Source: an uncultured Gemmatimonadota bacterium | GTDB taxonomy: Bacteria > JAAXHH01 | Reading direction: 5' to 3' | Length of the DNA: 64,000 nucleotides | Assembly: GCA_951812955.1 (NCBI GenBank) | Contig: OX638340.1 | Span: 3,360,001 to 3,424,000, forward strand | In this document: positions 27,470-37,234 of the stretch, piece by piece | Position numbering within the stretch: the first letter of the stretch is position 1 | Layout: each line of letters starts with the position of its first letter | Notes under the pieces: generated by a model | Database searches by the model: none | The model's input: only the letters and a program-made list of their open reading frames with translations | Told to the model about the DNA's origin: nothing | Made by a program: the position numbers and the translations under genes

Positions 27470-28879
27470 TCAGTCGTTGCGTATCAGGTCATTCCACGGC
27501 GGCGAGATACCGTCCCGCCTGCGACGGGATACGTTCATTACGGGTCCGTCGGGGCGGACGCCATGACGCATGATCACGTCGAAATAGGGTTCCCGCGTGG
27601 CTTCCAGCAGTTTCAGCAGGCGCGTCCGCATGTCTCGCACTACATCAGGATGCGACTGGACCAGGCTGCGCATTTCATAGGGGTCTTCCCACAGGTCGAA
27701 GAGCAGTTCGTGCCCGGTCTCGTAGTAGGCGTACTTCCAGCGGTCCGTGGCCAGGCCGCGCCAGTCGGCATAGTCGAAATGCACCCGCGGCGCCCCCACC
27801 ATTTCGAGCAGGACCTCCCGAGGTCCGTCTAATTCCTCCCCCCTGCAGGCAGGGGAGAAATCGGTCCCCTGCATGTGTTCGGGTACGGGTACACCGGCCA
27901 GCCCCAGGGTCGTGGGTGCCATGTCGACCAGGCTGAAGAGGTCCGTTCGCCCGCCCTGGGCCTGCAGCAATCCGGGACCATGGAAGATCGCGGGAACCCG
28001 GGTGGACTCTTCATGGGGATGACCCTTGTCCTCCATCTGGTCGTGGCTTCCCATGAAGTCGCCGTGGTCGGAGAAATAAACGGTGACCGTGTTGTCCTGG
28101 AATCCGCCGATGCCCTCCACGGCGGCTAGCAGGCGGCCGATGTTCCAGTCCAGGTTCTCGACCATGGCGTAGTATGCCGCAAGCCGCTCGCGGAAATCGG
28201 GTTTGCCGCCGAAATTGGGGCGGGTCCGCAGGGACGCGGGATCGAACCGCATGTATGCATCCGGCGCTTCCAGTGGCCAGTGGGGCGGCTCCACGCTGAG
28301 GACGAGAAAGAGCGGGTGCTCCCTGTCGTATTCGGTCAGGTACCCGATGGCCATGTCGGTCAGCGCGTCGGTCTGGTAGCCCGGCATGCGCGTGGGATCG
28401 ATATCGTTTTCGCGGTAGTAGAATCCCTTGAAAGGCGCGTTGTTCATCTCGAAGCCGTACCAGTCCTGGAATCCGCCCCGGTGGAACTCCGGCGTGCGCG
28501 GCGCCGCTTCCACGCTGTAGTAGTCCGGATCGCGCCGCACTTCAGGGGGAATCTGGTCGCGGACCGTCCCGCAGTGCCACTTGCCGAAATAGGCGGTATG
28601 GTAGCCGCCCTCGCGAAGGATGGTGGCGGTACTCGGCGCAGCCGGCTTGTACACGTCGTGGAATCCCTGCACCGGTCCGGCGTGGGCGTGTCTGCCTGAG
28701 AATATGGTGCCACGGGAGGGTGTGCAGACCGGACAGTTTGCCCGGGCGCGTACAAAACTCATGCCTTCCACGGCCATGCGGTCCATGTTGGGGGTCCGCA
28801 GGTTTGGATCCCCGGCGTGACCCATGGCCTGTCCCGCGTGTTCGTCAGACAGGATGTAGAGTATATGCGGTCGGGGCAT
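27470..28879 (-). CDS. Sulfatase (formylglycine-dependent family) without a signal peptide
   Basis: Sulfatase signature CPVCTPSRGTIFSG (C-x-P-x-R). N-terminus MPRPHILYILSDEH has no hydrophobic leader. Confidence 0.8.
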   Translation of the reverse strand: MPRPHILYILSDEHAGQAMGHAGDPNLRTPNMDRMAVEGMSFVRARANCPVCTPSRGTIFSGRHAHAGPVQGFHDVYKPAAPSTATILREGGYHTAYFGKWHCGTVRDQIPPEVRRDPDYYSVEAAPRTPEFHRGGFQDWYGFEMNNAPFKGFYYRENDIDPTRMPGYQTDALTDMAIGYLTEYDREHPLFLVLSVEPPHWPLEAPDAYMRFDPASLRTRPNFGGKPDFRERLAAYYAMVENLDWNIGRLLAAVEGIGGFQDNTVTVYFSDHGDFMGSHDQMEDKGHPHEESTRVPAIFHGPGLLQAQGGRTDLFSLVDMAPTTLGLAGVPVPEHMQGTDFSPACRGEELDGPREVLLEMVGAPRVHFDYADWRGLATDRWKYAYYETGHELLFDLWEDPYEMRSLVQSHPDVVRDMRTRLLKLLEATREPYFDVIMRHGVRPDGPVMNVSRRRRDGISPPWNDLIRND

Positions 28880-28888
28880 GGTTCCGTT

Positions 28889-30277
28889 TCATTTCACGAC
28901 AGGCGAGTCGGCCGACTGGCGTTTTTTCCAGTAAAAATAGAAGGGCAGGCCCACGGCCAGGATCGCGAGTCCAAGCAGCGGCCGCGTAAAATCTGTAATG
29001 AGGGAGTTGGCCAGGACCCCGACGGCGATCAGGAGGAACAGGATCGGTGTTACCGGATACCCCCATACCCGGTATGGCCGGTGCAGGTCCGGTTCCTTCT
29101 TGCGTAAGATCATGAGACCGATCACAGCCAGTGTCAGGAACACGTAGGTGTAGAACATGGCGAAACTGACAATCTCGACGAAAGTGCCGGTCAGTGCGAA
29201 GACCGAAGCCCACAGTCCCTGCATTACAATGGATGCCACCGGGGTCCGGAACCGGGGATGGACGTACTGGCAGACCTTGAAGAAGATCTCGTGGTTGGCC
29301 ATGGCGTGGTAGACCCTGGGAGCTACCATCAACTGGGCGTTGACCGTACCGAATGTGGTCAGCATGATCGCCGCCGAAATGGCCATCGCCCCGGTGGGTC
29401 CTACCAGGGCCTGAAGCGTATCTGCGGCCGGCCGGCGGGACATTTGCAGTTCCTCGAAAGACAGGACGGTCAGGTACACGACATTGGCAAGGATATAGAC
29501 CGTGGCCACGATCGCCAGCGCGGCAAAAATCGCCCGGGGTATGCTCCGTGCCGGGTCCTTGATTTCGGTCGCGATGAACGTCACAAAAAACCACCCGTTG
29601 TAGGCGAACAGCGCCCCCAGGATCGCCAGGCTCAGACCGCCCAGGAGCGCGGTCCCGGTCTCTTCCTGAACAAGCGGGGTCCAGGAGACCTCCGTACCCG
29701 ATGCCAGGGTGAACCCGAGCAGGATGACGGCCAGGACGGCGCCGACCTTGATGAAGGCGAACACGTTTTGAACCGACCCGCCGATCTTGACGCCCAGGCA
29801 GTTGACCACCGTCAGGAAGAGGATGCATCCCACGGCCAGCAACCGTTCAGTCCAGAGGTCTTCGATGGCGAAGAGGCCGCCGGCGTACCGGGCGAAGACG
29901 GTGGCCACCGCGCCCATTGCGCCGGTAATGATGATGAAGAGAAAGGCCCACCCGAAGAGAAAGGCGATCAGGTCCGTGTTGTACGCCCGCCTGAGGAAGG
30001 CGTAGGTTCCCCCGCTCCTCGGTATGGCCGCGCCGAGTTCCGCGTAGCATAGCGCGCCTGCCAGGGCGAGCATGCCGCCGATAATCCACACGAACAGACT
30101 GAGCGAGGGCGAGCCGACCTGGGAGGCCACCGTGCTCGGTACCATGAAGATGCCCGAGCCGATAATCGCTCCGATGATCACCGCCGTACCCGTTTTCGCC
30201 GTCAACACGCGAAGCAGTCTGGGTTGACCAGCCGGCAATATCTCCTCTACGAGTTCGTCGTCATGGGTATGTGACAT
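28889..30277 (-). CDS. APC-family amino acid permease (12 TM)
   Basis: ...TGTAVIIGAIIGSGIFMVPSTVA...GGTYAFLRRAY. Typical APC fold. Confidence 0.75.
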   Translation of the reverse strand: MSHTHDDELVEEILPAGQPRLLRVLTAKTGTAVIIGAIIGSGIFMVPSTVASQVGSPSLSLFVWIIGGMLALAGALCYAELGAAIPRSGGTYAFLRRAYNTDLIAFLFGWAFLFIIITGAMGAVATVFARYAGGLFAIEDLWTERLLAVGCILFLTVVNCLGVKIGGSVQNVFAFIKVGAVLAVILLGFTLASGTEVSWTPLVQEETGTALLGGLSLAILGALFAYNGWFFVTFIATEIKDPARSIPRAIFAALAIVATVYILANVVYLTVLSFEELQMSRRPAADTLQALVGPTGAMAISAAIMLTTFGTVNAQLMVAPRVYHAMANHEIFFKVCQYVHPRFRTPVASIVMQGLWASVFALTGTFVEIVSFAMFYTYVFLTLAVIGLMILRKKEPDLHRPYRVWGYPVTPILFLLIAVGVLANSLITDFTRPLLGLAILAVGLPFYFYWKKRQSADSPVVK

Positions 30278-30340
30278 GAGGGCTCCTGTTGGTATGCAAT
30301 CTGGACGTTCTACAACCGGTCTGGATGTTCATCAACCGGT

Positions 30341-31336
30341 TCATTCCGGCGCGATGACCGGTGCGGCTTCCAGCTGTGAAGGAACGGGTTCGACTCCGTG
30401 AAAACGGGTGCCGTGCTCGAACCAGGACCGGGGGGCGGCCTGTCCCCACAGGGTCTGCCGCCGGGTGTCCTTCAGGTCCCATATCCGCGCGGGATGATCC
30501 GGGTCGACGGTGACGTAGTCTCCCGTGAACAGTTCGATCCGGTGTCCGTCCCGGTCGAAGAGGTACAGGAAGAAGGCGTTCGAGATGCCGTGGCGTCCCG
30601 GTCCCCGTTCGAAGGCGTCGCGGTGCTCCGAACTGGCCAGGCGGTCGCAGAAGTGGATGATGTCCATGGCCGTGGGCACGTAGACCCCGATGTGGTGCAG
30701 GCGGGGTCCGATGCCGTTCGTAAAGGCGATGTCGTGAACGCCGCCCCGGCGGTGCAGCCAGGTGGCCCACAGGTCCGAGTCCTCGTCCCCGATGTCCGCC
30801 ACCGTCACTTCAGTCGGCCGGAATCCCAGCGACTCAGCGTAGAAGGCCGTCATCCCGTTAACGTCATGGGAAAACAGGTTGAAATGGTCGATGCGCTGGA
30901 TGTGTGCGCCCCGGTATCGGCTGTACGCCTGCAGCAGGAGCTCCCGCCGTTCCATTTCGTGGTAGAACTCCAACGGAATGCCGTAGGGATCCTCCACGTG
31001 CAGCGTCCGGCCCTGGGCGTACCGTTCGACGAAAGCCGTCCGGCATCCGGCCGAGCCGTAGAATGCCTCCGCCCGGTCCAGGTCGGCTTCGCAGGCGACC
31101 TTGAAGGCGATGCGGTACACGACCGGTTCATCCGCCTTCGTCAGGATCAGCGAATGGTGGTTCCGTTCCTCCATGCCGCGGAGGTAGAGCGCGTCGCCCG
31201 TATCGTCCTCGCAGACATAACCCAGCAGGTCGACATAGAAGTCTCGCGCGTAGTCCAGGTCCGTTACGCCCCACTCCGCGTGGCTGGCGCGGATGATGTT
31301 GAAGGGCGGGGAATGATTCGCATTCGGAACGGCCAT
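30341..31336 (-). CDS. Two-domain VOC-superfamily extradiol ring-cleavage dioxygenase (3,4-dihydroxyphenylacetate/catechol 2,3-dioxygenase-like)
   Basis: Duplicated glyoxalase-like modules; ...HHIGVYVP...; size and order as in HPCD/MndD. Adjacent to the HpaE-like ALDH and the FAH hydratase. Confidence 0.65.
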   Translation of the reverse strand: MAVPNANHSPPFNIIRASHAEWGVTDLDYARDFYVDLLGYVCEDDTGDALYLRGMEERNHHSLILTKADEPVVYRIAFKVACEADLDRAEAFYGSAGCRTAFVERYAQGRTLHVEDPYGIPLEFYHEMERRELLLQAYSRYRGAHIQRIDHFNLFSHDVNGMTAFYAESLGFRPTEVTVADIGDEDSDLWATWLHRRGGVHDIAFTNGIGPRLHHIGVYVPTAMDIIHFCDRLASSEHRDAFERGPGRHGISNAFFLYLFDRDGHRIELFTGDYVTVDPDHPARIWDLKDTRRQTLWGQAAPRSWFEHGTRFHGVEPVPSQLEAAPVIAPE

Positions 31337-31384
31337 GGCCGACCTCTCGCTCGGATCTAACGCGGTATGGGATTCATGCGCGTG

Positions 31385-32920
31385 TCATCCCTTGCCTAGC
31401 TTCGGTACCGGGTGGCGCGCAAGGGCGATGTCGATATTCTTCGTTTCCATGTAGAAATCAAAACTGTAGTCGCCCCCGTCCCGCCCGATCCCGCTCGACT
31501 TCATGCCGCCGAAGGGCGTGGGGAGATGGCGCACGTTTTCGGAGTTCACCCAGACCATGCCGGCTTCGAGCCGCCGGGCAAAGTCATGGGCGCGGGTGAC
31601 GTCGCTCGTCCACAGGTAGGCGGCCAGGCCGTAATCGACGTCGTTGGCGATGTCCAGCGCTTCCGCTTCCGTGTCGAAGGGGATGGCGGTGAGAAAGGGC
31701 CCGAAAACCTCTTCACGGGCGATGCGCATGGACCGCTCGGCGTCACCGAAGAGCGTGGCCTCGAAATAGTTCCCGGAGCCGGCGTTCTCCGGGCATCCTC
31801 CACCGGCGATCAGCGTTGCGCCTTCTTCCTTTCCAGCGGACACGTAGCCTAGGACCTTCTCGAGGTGCAACGGGTGGATCAGGGGACCCAGTTCGGTGGC
31901 CGGGTCGAAGGGGTTTCCCAGGCGGATGCGCTTCACGCGCTCCGCGAGCCGGCCGGCGAAATCATCGTAGACCGTCCGCTCCACCAGCACGCGGCTGCCC
32001 GACGTGCACCGTTCCCCGTTCAGGCTGTAGATCATGAATACCGTGGCGTCCAGGGCCCGGTCCAGATCCGCGTCGGCGAAGACGACCACCGGGTTCTTGC
32101 CGCCCAGTTCGAAGTGCACCCGCTTGAGCGTATCCGCGCCCTGCCGCATGATGGCGCGGCCGGTCCGCGTGTCGCCCACGAATCCGACGGCCTTGATGTC
32201 CGGGTGCTCGGTGAGCGCCCGACCCGTGGTTTCGCCGATCCCGTTGACCACGTTGACCACACCCGCCGGCACGCCGGCCTCATGGACCAGTTCGGCCAGC
32301 CGCATGGCCGTGACCGGGCTCCACTCCGCAGGTTTGTGTACCACCGTGCAGCCGGCCGCCAGCGCGGGCGCCATCTTCCAGGTGCTGAGCATGAAGGGCG
32401 TGTTCCAGGGCGTGATGATGCCCACGGGCCCGATGGGCTGCCTCAGGGTGTAGTTCAGGTGCCCGGCCGTTGGAAGCGCGAGCCCGTCCGATGCGCTCTC
32501 GGCGCGGTCCGCGAAGAACCGGAAGTTCTCGGCGGCGCGCGACGCGGCCTTGGACATGAAACGGATAGGCTGGCCCGTATCATAGGTTTCCAGCAGGGCG
32601 ATCTCTTCGCCGTGTTCCTCGATCAGGTCGGCGACCCGGTGCAGCAGCCGTTTTCGTTCCGTCCCCGGGGTGTCCCGCCAGTCTTCGAAAGCCTCCGTTG
32701 CCGCACGGGCCGCGGTGTCGATCACCTCCGGTCCACCGTTCGCGACGGTGCACAGGAAGGAATTGTCGACCGGCGTGGCGTTCTCTAAGGATGCGCCTCC
32801 TGCGGCTGGGACGGAGGAACCGCCGATGAGATGGCCGATGCCCTGTTCGCGGAACCGGGCGATGTGCCGCTCCGCTTTCGCCTGGTTCGGATGATTCGCC
32901 GTGGCCTGGATTGCTATGAT
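31385..32920 (-). CDS. 5-carboxymethyl-2-hydroxymuconate-semialdehyde dehydrogenase-like ALDH (HpaE-like); start codon unresolved (no in-frame ATG/GTG/TTG near the conserved N-terminus)
   Basis: Alignable end-to-end with E. coli HpaE (ours ...ARHPVPKLGKG vs HpaE ...DHPIPKWGV; catalytic ...FELGGKNP..., ...GERCTSGSR...). Conserved N-terminus ...IGHLIGGSSV begins about 32860. Strong SD AAGGAGG lies at 32931-32925. Confidence 0.75.
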   Translation of the reverse strand: MIAIQATANHPNQAKAERHIARFREQGIGHLIGGSSVPAAGGASLENATPVDNSFLCTVANGGPEVIDTAARAATEAFEDWRDTPGTERKRLLHRVADLIEEHGEEIALLETYDTGQPIRFMSKAASRAAENFRFFADRAESASDGLALPTAGHLNYTLRQPIGPVGIITPWNTPFMLSTWKMAPALAAGCTVVHKPAEWSPVTAMRLAELVHEAGVPAGVVNVVNGIGETTGRALTEHPDIKAVGFVGDTRTGRAIMRQGADTLKRVHFELGGKNPVVVFADADLDRALDATVFMIYSLNGERCTSGSRVLVERTVYDDFAGRLAERVKRIRLGNPFDPATELGPLIHPLHLEKVLGYVSAGKEEGATLIAGGGCPENAGSGNYFEATLFGDAERSMRIAREEVFGPFLTAIPFDTEAEALDIANDVDYGLAAYLWTSDVTRAHDFARRLEAGMVWVNSENVRHLPTPFGGMKSSGIGRDGGDYSFDFYMETKNIDIALARHPVPKLGKG

Positions 32921-33669
32921 GCATCCTCCTTCAGACCGTCCACCACGTCGTTTTGCAGTGCGCCCAGGCCGTCCACCTCCAGCCGGAGCCGGTCCCCCGC
33001 GTGGATGTGGGAAATGCCCTCCGGCGTACCCGACCAGATCATGTCCCCTGGGCTCAGGGTCATGTACGCGGTGATGTACTCGATGAGTTCGGCCACGCTG
33101 TGGCGCAGGTCGCCCGACCAGCCCTCCTGGCGGAGTTCGCCGTTGACGTAAGTACGCAGGTGAACGTCCGTGGGATCGATTTCGTCCGCGGTGGTCAGGA
33201 AGGGACCCAGGGGACCGAAGGTGTCGAAACCCTTGGCCTTGATCGGCGGCCTGAAATAGTTGCTCACGAAGTCCCGTATCGTCAGGTCGTTTCCAATGGT
33301 GTAACCGCCCACGTAGTCCAGGGCGTACTCGGCCTTTACCTTGCGCGCCGGACGGCCGATCACGGCGACAAGTTCGCATTCGTAGTGCAGGTAATCGAAC
33401 TCAGGCGGGACGACGATCTTCGCACGGTGTCCGATGAAGGTCTGGGGCATCTTGTTGAACAGGATGGGCTCTTCGGGCAGGTCCAGGTTCAGTTCCTTCG
33501 CGTGCTCCGTGTATCCCAGCGCGACCCCGATGGCTTTGCTCGTATGGTCCACCGGAGGCAGGAACATGACGTCCTCCGGATCGTAAGCGACCGTGCCCAC
33601 CATGAGCTGTCCGTCTTCGTACACGGCCTCGAGTACCTGGCCGTTACAGGCGAACCGTGCAGTCTTCAT
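32914..33669 (-). CDS. Fumarylacetoacetate hydrolase (FAH)-family protein, HpaG/HpcE-like hydratase/decarboxylase
   Basis: FAH motifs ...HYECELVAVIGR...GYTIGNDLTIRD...GDMIWSGTPEG.... Confidence 0.75.
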   Translation of the reverse strand: MKTARFACNGQVLEAVYEDGQLMVGTVAYDPEDVMFLPPVDHTSKAIGVALGYTEHAKELNLDLPEEPILFNKMPQTFIGHRAKIVVPPEFDYLHYECELVAVIGRPARKVKAEYALDYVGGYTIGNDLTIRDFVSNYFRPPIKAKGFDTFGPLGPFLTTADEIDPTDVHLRTYVNGELRQEGWSGDLRHSVAELIEYITAYMTLSPGDMIWSGTPEGISHIHAGDRLRLEVDGLGALQNDVVDGLKEDAS

Positions 33670-33681
33670 TTATACCCTCCG

Positions 33682-34551
33682 TCACACGTCATACCACGTG
33701 TCCACGCTATGCTCCAGTTCACCCGGCCGGGAATACCGCGTTTCCATGTCCCGTATCGCGCGTTCCACTTCCGTCGCGGCGGGAACGAGATCCCGCTGGC
33801 CGGCCGACAGGTCATAGACCGACCGCCCTTCCGTGGCAAGGGGACTGTCCAGGTCGATCCTCCCCGAGGGCCTGTGCTTGAGCAGGACAGTATAGGTGGC
33901 GCAGTAAAGGTCGGGGTCGTAGGCGCAAGGGGCCGCTTTCCTATTTTCGTCCACCAGGCCGAACCGCGCGGCCACCTCGCACAGGTCTTCCCACAGCGCG
34001 TACATGATGCCGGGTTGGGCGTCGCCTTTCTCCCGCTCGTGCAGGGGGCTGGCGCTCCGCGCCTTGCGTTGCGCCTCGATGAGCTGCCTTACCTGCCGGG
34101 AGGGCGTGGGAATGCCGAAGAAGGTCGATGTCTCGTCCATGAGATGGGATTCGACCGGGTCCGCTTCCCGGCGGACCAGTTCCACCAGCCGGTTGCCGAT
34201 GAGCGGTGTTTCCCCGATGAGGATGTGGCGGTCCTCCCGGTGCCGTTCCGCCCAGTCTCCGACCGCGCGCCGGGCCCACATGCCGACGGCCTTGCGGACC
34301 CCGGCGTGGGTGATTCCGTCCTGTTCGTGATAATGTTCCTTCACCCGGGCGTTTGTCAAGAACGGCAGCCGGCAGACGTCCCATTGGAGCAGGTGGGGCG
34401 TCCTGCCGCGGCCGTAGGCCAGGATGGCCAGTTGCTGCAGCAGCAGGCTCTTGCCGGTGCCCGGGAGTCCGGCCAGAAAAACCATCTTGCGGGTGTCCAC
34501 CAGGCTCCGGAGGGTCTGATACAGTCCGCTGTCCTCGGGAATCAGTAGCAT
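33682..34551 (-). CDS. P-loop NTPase-domain protein (predicted kinase/ATPase), function unknown (start at the ATG at 34551; the long upstream ORF is rejected)
   Basis: Walker A FLAGLPGTGKSLL about 25 aa from the proposed start MLLIPEDSG. Confidence 0.5.
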   Translation of the reverse strand: MLLIPEDSGLYQTLRSLVDTRKMVFLAGLPGTGKSLLLQQLAILAYGRGRTPHLLQWDVCRLPFLTNARVKEHYHEQDGITHAGVRKAVGMWARRAVGDWAERHREDRHILIGETPLIGNRLVELVRREADPVESHLMDETSTFFGIPTPSRQVRQLIEAQRKARSASPLHEREKGDAQPGIMYALWEDLCEVAARFGLVDENRKAAPCAYDPDLYCATYTVLLKHRPSGRIDLDSPLATEGRSVYDLSAGQRDLVPAATEVERAIRDMETRYSRPGELEHSVDTWYDV

Positions 34552-34577
34552 TATCCAGCCGGGTCCGCAGTCTCGGC

Positions 34578-36257
34578 CTATCCCGGCCCGTCTCCTCTCA
34601 CCCTGGGGCCTCGCTTGAACCGGTCCGCGTCCGGCATCTCGCCTACCGGGATCTCCACCACGGTCGGTCCATCTTCGGCGAACCCTTCGCGTATCGCCTC
34701 GCCCATCTCGCCGGGCGTGTGCGCCCGTAACCCCCTGGCGCCGAAGGATTCGACCAGCTTGACGAAATCGGGATTCCGCAGGTCGGACGCGATAACCCGG
34801 TTGCCGTACTGTTCCTTCTGCATCCGTTTCACGTTGCCGTAGGCATTGTCGTTGAATACGAGCGTGACCAGTCCGATGCCGTGCTGCACCGCCGTGGCCA
34901 GTTCCTGCACAGCGAACATGAACCCGCCGTCGCCGGCGATCGCCAGGACCGGTTTGTCCGGATGGGCGACCTTGACACCCAGCGCCGTGGGAAATCCCCA
35001 GCCCAGGGTGCCCTGGTAACCGGTGGATATGAAAGTATAGGGTTTGTACACCGGCATAACCTGCCGGCTTGCGTAGCCGACCTGGGTCAGCTCTTCCACG
35101 AAGATGCCGTCGTCGCCCAGTTCTTCGCGGATGACCCGGAGATAGGCGGCCTGGGGTTCCAGGGCGGCTGCGAGTTTTTCGTCTGTTTCTTTTTTTAATG
35201 CCAGCATCTCGGTTTTTAATGACGGCCGTCGCCGGTTGTGCTTCTCGACCAGGGGTATCAGCTGAGGCAGGGCGTCTTCGGTACGCGCCGTGATGGGCAG
35301 GTCCGGCATGGCGATCCGGTCGTGGGCGGCGCGATCCGCATCGATGCGGACGATGGTCAGGTCCTCGTCCACGCCCCAATTGAGTTGCGGGATCTCCATT
35401 CTGGATCCCAGGGCGAGGGCGACGTCCACCTTCGGCCACAGCCGGTGTCCCGACGGGTTGGTGATACTCAGGTAGTGGCGGCTGTCCAGCACGCCCCGTC
35501 CGGTGCGGTAGCTGATGACTGGCGCCTGGAGCAGTTCGGCGAGTTGCCGGACTTCTTCGGAAACGTTCATGGCGCCGCGGCCGACGAAGATCATGGGGTT
35601 CTCTGCGCGGCCGAGGATGCGCGCGGCCTGCGCCAGCGCTTCCGTGTCAACCGGGTCGGGCGATATGGGCAGCGGACCGGGAATGCGGTCCACCCGTCCC
35701 CCGGTCGCCAGTACGTCCCAGGGGCATTCCAGTCCCACGGGGCGCGGCCTGCCCGAATTCAGTTGCCGGATGGCCTCTGCCGTCCTGGACGGCGCCCCGG
35801 CGGTGCTGTCGATCCGGGCGGACCACTTGGTCAGGGACCGCAGCACGCCGAGCTGGTCGTTGATCTCGTGCAACTGGCCGACTCCGCGGCCGATAAACCT
35901 GGAAGGGATCTCGCCGGTCAGGCACAGGACCTTCGCGTTGGTGGCGTAGGACGTGCACAGGGCGCCGGTGCTGTTGAGAAACCCCGGTCCGGGCACCACG
36001 TTGTAGACGCCGGCACGGTCTGTCGAGAGGGCATACCCCAGGGCCATGTAGCCCGCGCCCTGTTCGTGGCGGGTGTGGATTACCCGGATATGGTCGCGGT
36101 GGTCGAAGAAGGCGTTGTAGAGCGCGTCGTTCTGCACGCCCGGCAGGCCGAAGACCGTTTCGATCCCATGGGATATCAGGGTACGGACGATCGCATCGGC
36201 GGTAGTCATTTCCTGCATGGAAGTCGAGGGAGCGGTAACGGCCGCGCGGTCGGTCAC
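34578..36257 (-). CDS. Thiamine-pyrophosphate-dependent enzyme (acetolactate synthase / benzoylformate decarboxylase / sulfoacetaldehyde acetyltransferase family)
   Basis: TPP_enzyme N, M and C domains. ...GLPGVQNDALYNAF...; TPP-binding ...IAGDGGFMFAVQELATA.... Confidence 0.75.
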   Translation of the reverse strand: MTDRAAVTAPSTSMQEMTTADAIVRTLISHGIETVFGLPGVQNDALYNAFFDHRDHIRVIHTRHEQGAGYMALGYALSTDRAGVYNVVPGPGFLNSTGALCTSYATNAKVLCLTGEIPSRFIGRGVGQLHEINDQLGVLRSLTKWSARIDSTAGAPSRTAEAIRQLNSGRPRPVGLECPWDVLATGGRVDRIPGPLPISPDPVDTEALAQAARILGRAENPMIFVGRGAMNVSEEVRQLAELLQAPVISYRTGRGVLDSRHYLSITNPSGHRLWPKVDVALALGSRMEIPQLNWGVDEDLTIVRIDADRAAHDRIAMPDLPITARTEDALPQLIPLVEKHNRRRPSLKTEMLALKKETDEKLAAALEPQAAYLRVIREELGDDGIFVEELTQVGYASRQVMPVYKPYTFISTGYQGTLGWGFPTALGVKVAHPDKPVLAIAGDGGFMFAVQELATAVQHGIGLVTLVFNDNAYGNVKRMQKEQYGNRVIASDLRNPDFVKLVESFGARGLRAHTPGEMGEAIREGFAEDGPTVVEIPVGEMPDADRFKRGPRVRGDGPG

Positions 36258-37225
36258 AGGTCGATCCGGTACAGGGGCTCCTGCCCCCGCGCGATCCGGT
36301 CGGTATTCTCGGCGGCCGCGGCGGCCCGGCGGCGTGATGTACCGTCCGTCACGCCGGCGATGTGGGGCGTAGCCACCACGTTCGGCAACTGGTAGACGGG
36401 CAGCGTCGAATCCGGAGGTTCCTGCGCGAACACATCGAGGCCGGCGCCACCGATCTTTCCGGCAACAAGGGCATCGTAAAGGGCCGCCTCGTCCACCAGG
36501 GCGCCCCGCGCCACGTTGATAATGCTCGCCGTCGGTTTCATGCGGCCCAGTTGCCGCGCATCGATGATATGGCGGGTTTCGTCGTTCAGGTGCAGGTGCA
36601 GGGAGAGGAAGTCGCTTTCGGCCACGACCCGGTCGAGATCGGCCGGCGTACCCATGAAGTCGGGCTGAATGTCGTCTAGCACATCGGATTCGATCTCGCG
36701 GACGTCAATACCCATGATCCGCATGCCGAAAGGCTTTGCCCTCCGCGCCAGCGCCTGGCCGCTCGCGCCGAATCCGACGATGCCCAGCGTCTGGTTTTCG
36801 AGTTCGTAGCCGAGCGGTCCGTAGAGTTGCCCCTCGCGGAAGTACTCCACCGCTTCCCGGTACCGCCTGGACAGCATGATCACGAACATCATGGCCGTTT
36901 CGGCCAGGGCGACGTCGCTGAAGAGTCCGGGCGTATTGGCCGTCGGGATGCCCTTCGTCTTGATATAGGACAGGTCGAAATTGTCGAAGCCCGTTCCCAC
37001 GATCTGCCACAGCCTGCAGTCGGTCGCGGCGTCCATCATTTCCCGCGTGCCCCGGCTGCCGCCCTGGTCGATCACCACGTCCATGCCGGCGAATTGCGGC
37101 GCCAGGGGCAGGTCGTCGTCGAGTTCCTTCAGTTCGTGCCGATCGCCGAGTGCCGCCTTGATGTTGTCGCACCATGGGGAGTAGATACGGCGCACGGGCA
37201 GCAGGATAACGTTCAGTCGATCCAT
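36254..37225 (-). CDS. D-isomer-specific 2-hydroxyacid dehydrogenase (NAD-binding)
   Basis: GxGxxG LGIVGFGASGQALA, catalytic R/E/H triad context ...VARGALVDE...TPHIAG. 4-nt overlap with the upstream TPP gene. Confidence 0.8.
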   Translation of the reverse strand: MDRLNVILLPVRRIYSPWCDNIKAALGDRHELKELDDDLPLAPQFAGMDVVIDQGGSRGTREMMDAATDCRLWQIVGTGFDNFDLSYIKTKGIPTANTPGLFSDVALAETAMMFVIMLSRRYREAVEYFREGQLYGPLGYELENQTLGIVGFGASGQALARRAKPFGMRIMGIDVREIESDVLDDIQPDFMGTPADLDRVVAESDFLSLHLHLNDETRHIIDARQLGRMKPTASIINVARGALVDEAALYDALVAGKIGGAGLDVFAQEPPDSTLPVYQLPNVVATPHIAGVTDGTSRRRAAAAAENTDRIARGQEPLYRIDL

Positions 37226-37234
37226 GTGAATTCC

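Noticed and set aside
31385-33379. 664-aa ORF read as a single gene
   Set aside because: The first ~150 residues are Arg-rich and overlap the FAH gene in another frame. Only the portion from about 32920 downstream is ALDH.
32953-34548. 531-aa plus-strand ORF
   Set aside because: Antisense to the FAH and P-loop genes; low-complexity composition; no motifs.
33682-35439. 585-aa ORF read as a single gene
   Set aside because: The N-terminal ~295 residues are Arg/Gly-rich junk antisense to or overlapping the TPP enzyme gene. The real CDS starts at the ATG at 34551.
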